This document shows positions 32,200 through 42,388 of a stretch of DNA of 42,388 nt, in pieces (the stretch's first letter is position 1; each line of letters opens with the position of its first letter). The notes below the pieces were generated by a model. That model was not told the DNA's origin, searched no databases, and saw only the letters and a program-made list of their open reading frames with translations. The position numbers were made by a program, and so were the translations under genes. Origin of the DNA: Nemertoderma westbladi (Eukaryota; Animalia; Xenacoelomorpha); contig JAUCBJ010001954.1 of assembly GCA_032718475.1 (NCBI GenBank), positions 1 through 42,388 on the forward strand, given 5' to 3'.

Positions 32200-32649
32200 A
32201 TGTCACATCTTAAGCGAACAGCTGAAATAGGAGATGAGAGGGATTTACTAACCATAAAACCGTTGGGGGCCGGGCAGGAAGTCGGCCGCTCCTGTATTGT
32301 AATCGAGTTCAAAGGCAAGAAGATAATGTTGGACTGCGGGATTCACCCAGGTAAATCCGGGATGGAGTCCCTCCCGTTTCTAGACGATATAGACCCGGTG
32401 GACATCGACCTCCTGTTAGTAACTCACTTCCATCTCGACCATTGCGGGGCACTGCCATACTTCATAATGAAGACTGCGTTTAAAGGTCGAGTTTACATGA
32501 CTCACGCTACTAAAGCGATCTACCGATGGCTACTCTCGGATTATATTAAAGTTAGTCATATATCTTCCAATGATATGCTCTACAGCGAACAGGATCTAGA
32601 GGACAGCATGGCGAGAATCGACGTCGTTAACTTTCATCAAGAAGTCGAG
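32200..32649 (+). CDS. CPSF3: CPSF73 pre-mRNA 3'-end endonuclease, coding exon 1
   Basis: [19 protein letters not shown], metallo-beta-lactamase [24 protein letters not shown]; donor GAG|GTAATT at 32649/32650. Confidence 0.95.
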
Positions 32650-32852
32650 GTAATTCATTTTATAATTTTGGTGCCACAAATTATTAACTTAATTAGCAGC
32701 AATATACATTGGACATATAGAGGCCCTATATACTTATAGTATAGTAACATATTTTGTGGATATTATATCGTGTTTCGTTTGAACCCGTCACTCTGGCTCT
32801 CCTAATTTATTTTATTACACTTTACCTGATTTAAATAATTTACTACTTCCAG

Positions 32853-33177
32853 GTTGGCGGCGTTAAGTTCTGGGCCTACGTGGCTGGCCACGTGCTGGGC
32901 GCGGCCATGTTTATGATACAGATCGCGGGAGTGAAGGTCCTCTACACCGGGGACTTCTCGCGCCAAGAGGACAGACACCTGATGGCGGCGGAGGTGCCCA
33001 GCGTGAGTCCGGACGTGCTGATAACCGAGTCCACCTACGGGATCTACGTGCACGAACCTCGGGAGGAGCGCGAGCTGCGGTTCACGCGCACGGTCCACGA
33101 TATAGTGGCGCGCGGCGGCCGTTGTCTCATACCCGTATTCGCGTTGGGGCGGGCCCAGGAACTACTACTCATTCTAG
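32853..33177 (+). CDS. CPSF3: CPSF73, coding exon 2
   Basis: Acceptor TTCCAG|GTT; [49 protein letters not shown]; donor G|GTCAGT. No further exon recognised in the window. Confidence 0.95.
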
Positions 33178-33509
33178 GTCAGTCCGAGGCGATACCGATC
33201 TACCCAACATTATACGGCTGTCAATCATTTCGGTTTCAATCCTTAAAATAGTTTTAAAGTTAAAGTCCGAAATGCTAAAATTTTCACATCGTCGCTCCAA
33301 AGGATTAAAAATGTGGCGACAAGGCGGGGTTGATTGTCGCTAATCCCATGTCGGCGAATTAAAATATATCGTCTCAATGTTAAATTCTCAATTTAGGGAA
33401 AGGAGCAGGTTATTATAGACAGCTTGCTGGCTTTCTAGTAATAGATGTCTATTAATCACCAGGAACTCTGATATTTAGGCCTTTGAAATCCGTCGACTCA
33501 GTAATATAT

Positions 33510-36500
33510 ATTTGAACGAACGAAAGCACGCCAATAAGGCATTTAATTAAATATATAGTTGGTAACCAGTAAAATTTATATAAAACCAAATAAAATCGCA
33601 CATGAATAAAAATAAAATCAATATTAAAATTTAACATTAAAATGAGTTCCGGTAGGTTCCTATTTGGTGGCCCCCCACTGTGATAGGCTGAGAGAGTTCG
33701 AGGGACAATGTAGAAGGTGATAGGGGTCCTTGGCGGGTGCGCTGCATAGAGTACATACGCAGGTGTCTGTTGGGGTGTGAAAGTGCTTGGAGACACAGAT
33801 GCGGTGGTGGAAGCCGTGGAAGGTGAATCTGGTAATCGCGTGTCTATTTTTGAAGCTGATTTTGGTCCAGTTTCTATTTGTCATGCCGAGTGAGTTCCAG
33901 AATGTGGTTGGTATTTCTTCCATCTTGCTTGCGATTTCGGATAGATAGGTTTGAAAGGCTGGTGTGTGTGTGAGATGTAATTCGTCTGCGAGCTCCATAC
34001 CTAAATGTTTCTCGTTGCATAGCGCTAACACGAGGCGGTTGAGTGTCGATTTATGTAGACCTAGTGTCCTTTTTAGATAGGCTGCCTTTATTTTATCTAA
34101 GTTATGAAATTCTTTAACTTTGAGATGAGGCCATATAAGCTGGATACAATATGTCAGAACTGGGCGTATTTTAATTTTGAATAGTTGTATGGCCGTTTGT
34201 AAGGAAAGAAGAGTTGGATTTTTGATGCTATGAACTGATTTGATAGCTTTGCATGATACCCGGGAGATATGTTTTTGGAATGAAAGTGTCGGTTGGAAAG
34301 TTACCCCTAGATAAGTGTATGAGTTGACTATTGACATTTGCGTGTTATTATAGTGAAATTTATCGTTAGAGGCCAGTCTGCCCCCTCTGCGGAATACGAT
34401 AATCTCGGATTTCTTTATATTTATTTCTAGACCATTTTCTTTGGCCCAGGAGGCGATGGCGTCCAGTCCCGATTGTAGAGCTTCTTTGGTGTCAGCGTAT
34501 ATTAGTAGATCGTCAGCGTATAGTAATATGTATACCGCGGTGGCTAGCCTCTTTATCCATGCAATTATATCCAGGATGTACAGAATGAGTAGAAATGGGC
34601 TTAATCCGTCTCCTTGTAGGACTCCTCGTATCTGTTTAATAGGGTCGGATGTTCGAAGGCCGTCTGTTATTTGTATAAGGTTTGGGGTAAGTATCCACTT
34701 TAAAAGTACAAGTATTTTTCCGCGTAGGTGAAAGGAATGTTGAAGTTTGCTAAGGAGGTTTGAGCGGGGGACAGAGTCGAACGCTTTCTTAAAATCAATA
34801 AAACAAGCGTATACCGGTGTTCGTTGTTTTGACAGGTTCGTCCAAACTTTGTTTATTAGTTGGCTGATAGCATGAGCGGTGGAACGCCCCGGCATAAAAC
34901 CGTACTGCTCGGGGGGAATTCTAGCATGCAGTTTCGATCGCAATCGTTTCTCAACGAGCCCTGTTAGGATTTTATATGCGTTGGCGAGCAGGGCGATGCC
35001 TCGGTAGTTATCCTCGGCGTCCCTTGATCCCTTACCCTTGTAGAGAACCTTCAGTATGCTAGTCTTCCACGCACTCACGGCTGTCCCACTATTGAGGCAT
35101 ATGTTGAATAGGATGGTCCACAGATAGAGAGTGGCTGGCAATGCAGCTTTAAGAATTTCATATGGCAAGAAGTCCGGTCCACCCGACTTGCCGTCGGGGC
35201 GTCGGAGAAACTCATGCCGGACTTCCTCCTCGGTGAAGTCCCTCGAAATATCATAATATTCCTGGTCTGCTCCGTCGTTAGATTGATCCAGGTTCGCTGT
35301 GGCGCGGTAGGTGGCGTCCGGGAGGTCTGTACCGCGGGTGGTGCGGTCCGGGTTCGCTGTGGCGTGGTGGGTGGCGTCCGGGAAGTCCGCACCCCATGTG
35401 GCGCAGTCTGGCTTCACTGTGGCGTGGTGGGTGGCGTCCGAGAGGTCCGTACCGCTGGGTAGCACGATCCGGGTTCGCTGTGGCGCGGTGGGTGGCGTCC
35501 TGGAGGTCCGCTCCGCTTGTGGCGCGGTCCAGGCTCGCTGTGGTGCGGTGGGTAGCATCCGGGAGGTCCGTACCGCGGGTGACGCGATCAGGGTTCGCCG
35601 TGGCACGGTGGGTAGCGTCCGGGAGGTCTGTACTGCGGGTGGCGCAGTCCGGGTTCGCTGTGGCGTGGTGGGTGGCGTCCGGGAAGTCCGCACCCCGTGT
35701 GGCGCAGTCCGGGTTCGCTGTGGCGTGGTGGGTGGCGTCCGGGAGATCTGTACTGCGGGAGGCACGGTCCGGGTTCGCTGTGGCGCGGTGGGTGGTGTCC
35801 GAGAGGTCCGTACCGCGGGTAGCGCGATCCGGGTTCGCCATGGCGCGGTGGGTGGCGTCCTGGGGGTCCGCACCGCTTGTGGCGTTGTCCGGGCTCGCTG
35901 TGGTGCAGTGGGTAGCAACCGGGAGGTCCGTACCGCGGGTGACGCAATCGGGGTTCGCTGTGGCGCGGTGGGTAGCGTCCGGGAGGTCTGCACCGCGGGT
36001 GGCACGGTCCGAGTTCACTGTGGCGCGATGGGTCGCATCCGGGAGGTCCGCGTTCGTTGTGGCGCGGTGGGTGGCGTCCGGGAATTCAGCACCGCGGGTG
36101 GCGCAGTCCGGGTTCGCTGTGACGCGGTGGGTGGCGTCCGGGTGGTCCGCACCGCAGGTGGCGCGGTGGGTGGCGTCCCGGATTTCCGCACCGCGGGTGG
36201 CGCAGTCCGGGTTCACTGTGGCGCGGTGGGTGGCGTCCGGGAGGTCCGCACTGTCGGTGGCGCAGTCCAGATTCGCTGTGGTGCGGTGCGTGGCCCCACT
36301 GGTGTTAGCGCTATCTGTGGTGGAGAGCAGTTTGGAGAAATGAGTTCTCCATCGTTCTAGGGATATAGGGCAACTAGATTGGTGCGCTGAACTGGTTTGT
36401 GTCCACCTGTAAGGGTGTTCCTCTGCGTCCCGTATGAGCCGTTCCTCTTCTTTTGATCGGTAAGCTTCCAGTTTATCAGTTAGGAGTTTTTTGTATTCTC

Positions 36501-37640
36501 CTTTAGTTGTATGTAACACATGTCGTAACTGGGGATCCAGTTTAGAAGCGTGAGCAAAATATATTACTTTCTTCCGTTGATTGAAGCAGTCCTTGTCGAA
36601 CCAAGGTCGTGCTTTCCTATTAAAGTTCGGTTTGTCGATTGCGGCGTCCCGGATCATGTCAGAGATAGTCGTGTATGCTGAGTCCACATCGTTGACAGCG
36701 AGGTACATTTCTGTTACTTGGATTCGCGGGTCGATTTTCAGTTGCTCGAGATTTAGCTTGCGTGTCTTTGTGGAGTGCGTTGTGGTGTAATTTCTAGAGG
36801 TTCGGTTAAGTTCCCAAGTCATTTCAACAGGACAGTGTTTTTTGATTCCCATTACAGGGTAGCTCACCGAGATTGGGGCCACATCCGAGAACATAAGGTC
36901 TATAACGCTGCTCCCGTTGTGGCAGATGTAGGTAGGTATTGTTGGGTCGTTCCTAATCGATAAATTTTTGTCATTGAGAACATCCTGAAGACCCGTTATT
37001 TTATTGTTATCAGTGTCGAGGCGAGAGTTGAAGTCACCTCCCATTATAATTGGGATGGACGGGCGCGTTGGTATTGCATCCAATACTGTTAATATACTTT
37101 CCACGAGATCCTCGAGTCCCAGGTCTGGAGGGAAGTAGCATAGTACGATTGTAGCGATATCTGTATTTACAGCAACAAAATTCGTTTCTGTAGCTGATAT
37201 CTCCGGGTTGAGATGCGGTTTGACTGCAAGACACAGACCGCCTATTGGACGGCCACGGCCAGGGTTATTTATTGCTGGCGAATCAAAGCAATAAAATCCA
37301 GGTATTTCGGGTTTCGTTGTGGCAAAGGTCTCAGTTAGAAGCAGAATGTCATATTTGGTGAATATGTTCTGGGGTAGGAGTGATATTGCAGACGATATTC
37401 CCTCGACGTTCCATAAAAAGGTAGATACCGTGGTGTGAGTAGACGGGGCGTGGGCGGTACTTGTGGATGTCGATGTAGAGTTGTTATGCAGTCAGATACG
37501 TGTGGTAGCGTCTATTCCATTGTCGCCCCTGGCCGATGGTTGATAATGGCGGCGGGGTTTCAAGTTGAGCGCCGATCGTTCCGAGTCGGACAGTCTGTAG
37601 TTGCGTATGACAACTCCTTCTTCCCAGTTAATAAGTGTTG
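33510..37640 (-). mobile_element. APE-RT non-LTR retrotransposon (RTE/RTE-X-like, clade uncertain), 5'-truncated
   Basis: APE from ~37430 (FLWNVEG, LTETF, GRPIGG, GDFN, SVID); RT (NYRGIAL, QYGF, FIDFKKAFDSV, GVLQG, YADDL); C-terminal Cys/His cluster; stop at 33660. One frameshift lies inside the minisatellite (~35455). Ends are approximate. Confidence 0.9.
35290..36300. repeat. 60-bp GC-rich minisatellite (~17 units) within LINE ORF2
   Basis: Unit ~GGCGCRGTCCGGGTTCGCTGTGGCGCGGTGGGTGGCGTCCGGGAGGTCCGYACCGCGGGT; encodes ATRGADLPDATHRATANPDR-type 20-aa repeats. Confidence 0.95.
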
Positions 37641-40095
37641 GTAAATTTTTTATGGATTTTAAGAGACTTGTATCATCCGCGAAAAGGGTTGTCATGAAAT
37701 TTGATGCGTTTGGAAGATCATTAATGTATATGAGGAATAAGATCGGCCCAAGGATCGAACCTTGTGGAACGCCGCAGATAATTGGGAGCAGGGTCGAGTT
37801 GCATCTGTCTATTGTAACAAATTGGGATCGGTTGGAGAGATAATCGGAAAATAGCTGCAGGGGGGCCCCCCTGATACCATAGCTGTTCAGTTTATTTACG
37901 AGAATACCGTGATCCAGCGTATCAAACGCTTTTTTAAGATCAATAAATATGGCGCAGGACGACATTTTTTTATCTAAAAAATCGCGTAATTTTTCTGCTA
38001 TGTCTAAAATAGCATATGATGTAGTATATTTTTTCCTAAATCCGAATTGACAGCTATTTAATATTAAATATTTATCCAAGTAAGAGGCCAGCTGGACATA
38101 TATTATGCGTTCAAACACTTTGCTCAATACCGGCAGTAAAGAAATAGGGCGATAATTAGTCTTAAGACATGGGTCACCAGATTTAAAAACTGGGGTTACT
38201 TTTGCTACCTTGAGAGAATTCGGGAAAAAACCGTGTTTGATACTTAGATTAATTAGTTCCGAAATATGACCACATAATATATGTGCAGCTGTTTTTATAA
38301 GTTTCGTTGGACATTTGTCATTCGACGCTGAAGCTTCATTTATTTGTAATAAGTAATATTGTACTTCAACTGGAGTAGTATTAATGAGTGCAAATGAATT
38401 TGATTTTTTGTGCTGAATGTGGCGTAATGGACAACGAGGAGAAGTAGGGATATCACTTGATAGAGAAGGTCCTATGGATGTAAAAAATGAGTTAAATGAT
38501 TCCGCCATACATGTAGGATCTGTTATAATCGACTCATTGTTATTTATTGATACAAAAAGTTTACGTGGAATACAATTTTTTGAATTCCGGCCCAGTGCAT
38601 CATTTATTGTGCGCCAAGTTTTCCGCATGTTTGATTTATTGTTATGGAATTGGGAGGTGTAATACTCCCGTTCGGCGGCCCGCAGGGTAGTGGTCAGTCG
38701 ATTTCTATAGGCCTTGTACAAACTATGATTGATTAAGGTTGGGTTGTTGACATATTTTGCATACAGTTTATTTTTTTTATTAATGGATTTGAGCAGCGCA
38801 GCCGATAGCCATGGTTTACGTGGAACTGATTTTTTTGAACACTTTTTGAGGGGAGCATGTTTTTTACATACCGCACTTAGGTCAGAGTAGAAAATATCAA
38901 AGCGATCAACCAGGCGATTATTCGAATTATCATAGGACCATGTGTTTACGTTTAAAAGATCAGCCAAAAATGTTGTGCGATTAAAATTCGAATAGTCATG
39001 AATATATTTAGCAGTATCAGGCCTAAAGTAATTCGCATAATCGGTTAAAATTAAAAATGTAGGTAAGTGATCGGCAATTTCTGTTAAAAAAACACCCTCA
39101 TTACATATAGAAGTGTTGATATTGGTTATGATGTGATCCAACAGGGTTGGGTTTTTACTTTTAATACGCGTTGGCTTAGTTATTACTTGTTTAAAACCGT
39201 TGGAATTTATAGTTTGAAGGTAAGTGTGGGTTAATTTACACGTTGAAATTAGGTTGATATTCATATCACCAGTTATTATCACATCATAACCACTATCAGC
39301 CAGCGTTGATAATAAGTGTTCAAGATTATCAATAAAATTATGGCGATCAATTGACTGAGAAACATACAGACAACCAATTATTAGCGGCTTATTAGGGTGA
39401 GGTCGTTTAACTTCCACCCAACAATTTTCTGGCCCGGGTATTCTCAAGTCATTCCGCCCAGTACATTCAAATTCATTTCTAATAAAAATTGCAGTACCTC
39501 CTCGTTTAGTTTCCCGAGTGTCTTGTGATACCAGCTCATAACCGGGAAATTGAGTTTCTGAAAGATTAGAATTACTACATAAAAAGGTTTCTGAGAATGT
39601 AATCACGTCAAATTTAGTATTCATAGTTTCCAAAAAATCAGTTATTTCGCCCTTATGAGCCGGTAGACTTTGGGTATTAACATGAAAAACTGAGAGAGAT
39701 TTGGCATTATCGAAATTGCTAAATTTTTTATCAAATGTTTCAGCAGTGTAATAATCTTGGGAAATTATATTATTAATTAAATGAATGTCTGGATCGATAT
39801 TATTAAATGCGGGATTAGTTAAATCATTGTCAAAGTTAATATTAAGATTAGCAGACTCACAGTCAAAGATATCATCATCGTCATCACTGACGCTTGCAAA
39901 TGGAAATAATTTTATGTAGCAATAAATGCACCATATGTTATTTGGATGGGATGTATTTATAAATTGATTTGCCTCCTGCTGAGTAAGACAGGATCCACAT
40001 TGAAAGTGGTAAGTTAAATCGCAAAGGTCGCATTTTAGTTTTAGGTCAGATATTATGAATTTTGAGAAGCAAAGATCGCAGTTACTGTCATTCAT
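37640..40095 (-). mobile_element. CR1-group LINE ORF (PHD-APE-RT), 3'-truncated just after FADD
   Basis: N-terminal PHD-like CDLC...CDLC...HFQC...WCIYC; APE VNTQSL, SETF, GDMN, LLDH, ADHLP; RT NYRPISLLP, DLKKAFDT, GVPQGSILGP, FADDT. The last ~45 aa of the called ORF are foreign. Confidence 0.92.
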
Positions 40096-40429
40096 AGTAT
40101 TAGAAGGGTTAGTGTAGGGAGAGTGCTAGAGAATGAGTGTAGAATATTAGGAGGGTAGGTTAAAAAAGGGGTAGGGGGGGGGGGGGGGGGGGTTGAGGTT
40201 GTGTTCTTACTTAGAGTGAGTAATTAAAACTACAGCGGCTATCAATGGAGCACAAAAGAATTGAATACAGACCAGTGTACATTCTAACGTTTGCCAGCTT
40301 GGGGAAAACTTAAAAATATATGTATTTAGTTTAGCGTAGACCCTAACTTATCAATATATAAATTTACGATGTAACAAGACATTTGTAATAAACGGTGGAT
40401 ATTAGTGTATTTTCTAGAATTATCTATAT

Positions 40430-40800
40430 GGTTGCACGATAATTCTAAATAAAATTAAACTTAATAATTATATGGTCTCTTTCATTGTACGATAATTCTA
40501 TATAAAAAATAACCTTAATTAATATAGGAAGTCTTAATTAATATAGGAAGTCTCTTTCATTGTACGATAATTCTATATAAAAAATAACCTTAATTAATAT
40601 AGGAAGTCTCTTACATTGTACGATAATTCTATATAAAAAATAACCTTAATTAATATAGGAAGTCTTAATTAATATAGGAAGTCTCTTTCATTGTACGATA
40701 ATTCTATATAAAAAATAACCTTAATTAATATAGGAAGTCTTAATTAATATAGGAAGTCTCTTTCATTGTACGATAATTCTATATAAAAAATAACCTTAAC
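40430..40800. repeat. AT-rich tandem repeat, 56/75-bp units (~5 copies)
   Basis: TCATTGTACGATAATTCTATATAAAAAATAACCTTAATTAATATAGGAAGTC repeated, with an optional 19-bp sub-duplication. Confidence 0.92.
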
Positions 40801-40899
40801 GTAATGATCTACGGGTGAATGGTCTACGTAATGATTCGATACAAAAATAATTACAAATTCAAACTTTACGTATTTAAGGCTTTACTAAGTAAGTACAAT

Positions 40900-41700
40900 A
40901 TAAATCTAAATTAAATTCACCAATATAAATCTATTGCATCTCAGATATTGCATAAATTCAAACAATTACAAATACAAATAAATGAAAACAATAAGAAAGG
41001 CTCGCGAGTCTTCCATCTACTATTGCATCCCAAATATTGCATAAATTCAAGTAATTACAAATACTTTCGTACCTAAATGTAGATTGCATAAGTTTGGAAT
41101 AATTACAAATATGAGTCTTTCTAAGCACAGAACTTTCTAACTATAAAACTTTCTAAATACAAATATAACACTTTACAAATGAAACTATAAGAAAGGCCCA
41201 CGAGTCTTCCATCTACTCTTACTTTCTATTTTCACTGTAAATACAAATACTGCTTATAAAATATAAATTGCATAATATTCGGAACAATATAAATTGCATA
41301 AGTTCGGAATAATATAAATTGCATAAGTTCGGAATAATTACAAATATAAAATATAAATTCTTACAAATATAAATTCTTACTAAATATAAGTCTTACTAAA
41401 TATAGATATAAACTGCATAAGTTTAGAATAATATAAACCTTTGCATCTCAAATATGAAACATAAATCTTTCAAATATAAGTTCCTTCTAAATATAAACTT
41501 TCTAAATTTCATAAATTCGGAACAATACAAATTGCATAAGTTCGGAATAAGCACAAATATAAAATATAAGTTTTACTAAATATAAGTTTTACTAAATATG
41601 AGTCTTTCCCAGAATACAAAACTTTCTAAATATAAAACATATAATTCAAAATAAATCACAAAATCATAAGAAAGGCTCACGAGTCTTCCGTCCACCCTTG
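40900..41700. repeat. Degenerate AT-rich repeat region, probably the 3' noncoding part of a TE
   Basis: Recurrent AAATTGCATAAGTTCGGAA, and ATAAGAAAGGCYCRCGAGTCTTCC x3 (~40991, 41187, 41666). Confidence 0.75.
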
Positions 41701-41709
41701 CCCTCCCTT

Positions 41710-42387
41710 TTATCGCTTAGTGGATCGAGCCCTGCCGCGTCCTCGAAAACTGCGCACAGGTGACTTTGCTCGCGATATGGGACTAATGGGGCGAGTCACT
41801 GGTTTACCTGGGACGTTGAGAGACGGTGCGACTATTTCCTCGCAAATTCGTCTATTTGGCATCCCAAAACCTCGACCGATTCCTCGTGACCGATCAGTCG
41901 TCACTACAGTTGGTAGAACGTCTGGGAACGCGCGAGAAGTGGACGACGCAGACCCAAGAGTAGCTTGCGCCCCCTGTTGATCAGCTGGTGTATGTCCCGA
42001 CCCTCCTACTGGTTCTCTTGGAAGTGATACCGTATCCCGAGTAACTCGAATAGTCGGCTCAACTCCTTTGCGTTCTTCTACATTAATAATTTTCTTTAAT
42101 TGTTGGCCCACCTTTTGGACCCGTATGATCCTACCCTGCCCGTCCTCCCGAGGGTGACGTGCAGACGGCGCAACCGGAGTGGCTGGTATATTCGTCGCCT
42201 CTAGGACCTCCTCTTCCTCGAATACGCTCGCTCGTATACGTTTGTGGTAAAACGCGGCTCGGTACGCCCATGCGACGGTTAACCAAGCTCCCTTGTTCCG
42301 CTTTTCAGTTCGGAAACGATCGAATTCACCATACGTAATCCGATTAACGACTTTCTGAAAATTCCACGTGTTTTTGTTATCCGGGTG
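41710..42387 (-). CDS. C-terminal part (>=225 aa) of an unidentified ORF entering from the right edge, probably TE-encoded
   Basis: Manual translation shows the 41710-42111 frame stays open to the window end (HPDNKNTWNFQK...GAWLTVAWAYRAAFYHKR...); GC/CpG-rich against AT-rich flanks; basic tail. Confidence 0.55.
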   Translation of the reverse strand, partial: HPDNKNTWNFQKVVNRITYGEFDRFRTEKRNKGAWLTVAWAYRAAFYHKRIRASVFEEEEVLEATNIPATPVAPSARHPREDGQGRIIRVQKVGQQLKKIINVEERKGVEPTIRVTRDTVSLPREPVGGSGHTPADQQGAQATLGSASSTSRAFPDVLPTVVTTDRSRGIGRGFGMPNRRICEEIVAPSLNVPGKPVTRPISPISRAKSPVRSFRGRGRARSTKR

Positions 42388-42388
42388 A

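Noticed and set aside
32650-32739. C-terminal extensions of ORFs 32200-32739 and 32880-33251
   Set aside because: Read-through into introns past clear GT donors; CPSF3 similarity stops at the splice sites.
35311-36360. Long + strand ORFs (349 aa, 315 aa) and alternative minus frames
   Set aside because: By-products of a stop-free GC-rich 60-bp minisatellite.

Overview
Repeat-rich eukaryotic (animal-like) genomic DNA, not prokaryotic. From left to right: (1) ~1-9680, the right part of a decayed Polinton/Maverick-like element. It carries a protein-primed PolB (zinc fingers + EndoVII/HNH insert, broken by one frameshift and two stops), a TBP-like gene immediately downstream, a PC4-like gene upstream, orphan ORFs and a nested inverted-repeat block. 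(2) ~10.6-13.5 kb, TE debris: a Merlin/ISXO2 transposase relic, a tRNA-derived SINE and a Gypsy 3' fragment with LTR. (3) 14215-28107, a young ~13.9 kb BEL/Pao LTR retrotransposon on the minus strand with ~1.2 kb near-identical LTRs. Besides gag-pol it has small leader ORFs and a large extra ORF before the 3' LTR that reads as a WRN/EXD/Mut-7-type DEDDy 3'-5' exonuclease followed in frame by Cys/His zinc knuckles. (4) A 1.9 kb hAT-type non-autonomous element with a perfect 8-bp TSD. (5) The first two coding exons of host CPSF3 (CPSF73). (6) Presumed CPSF3 intron 2, holding antisense LINEs (an APE-RT LINE with a 60-bp coding minisatellite, fused to a truncated PHD-APE-RT CR1-type LINE), tandem repeats and an orphan ORF running off the window. 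The best novelty candidates are the exonuclease/zinc-knuckle cargo of the BEL/Pao element and the TBP + PC4 + pPolB module of the Polinton-like element. All family assignments are by eye from motifs; no searches were run.
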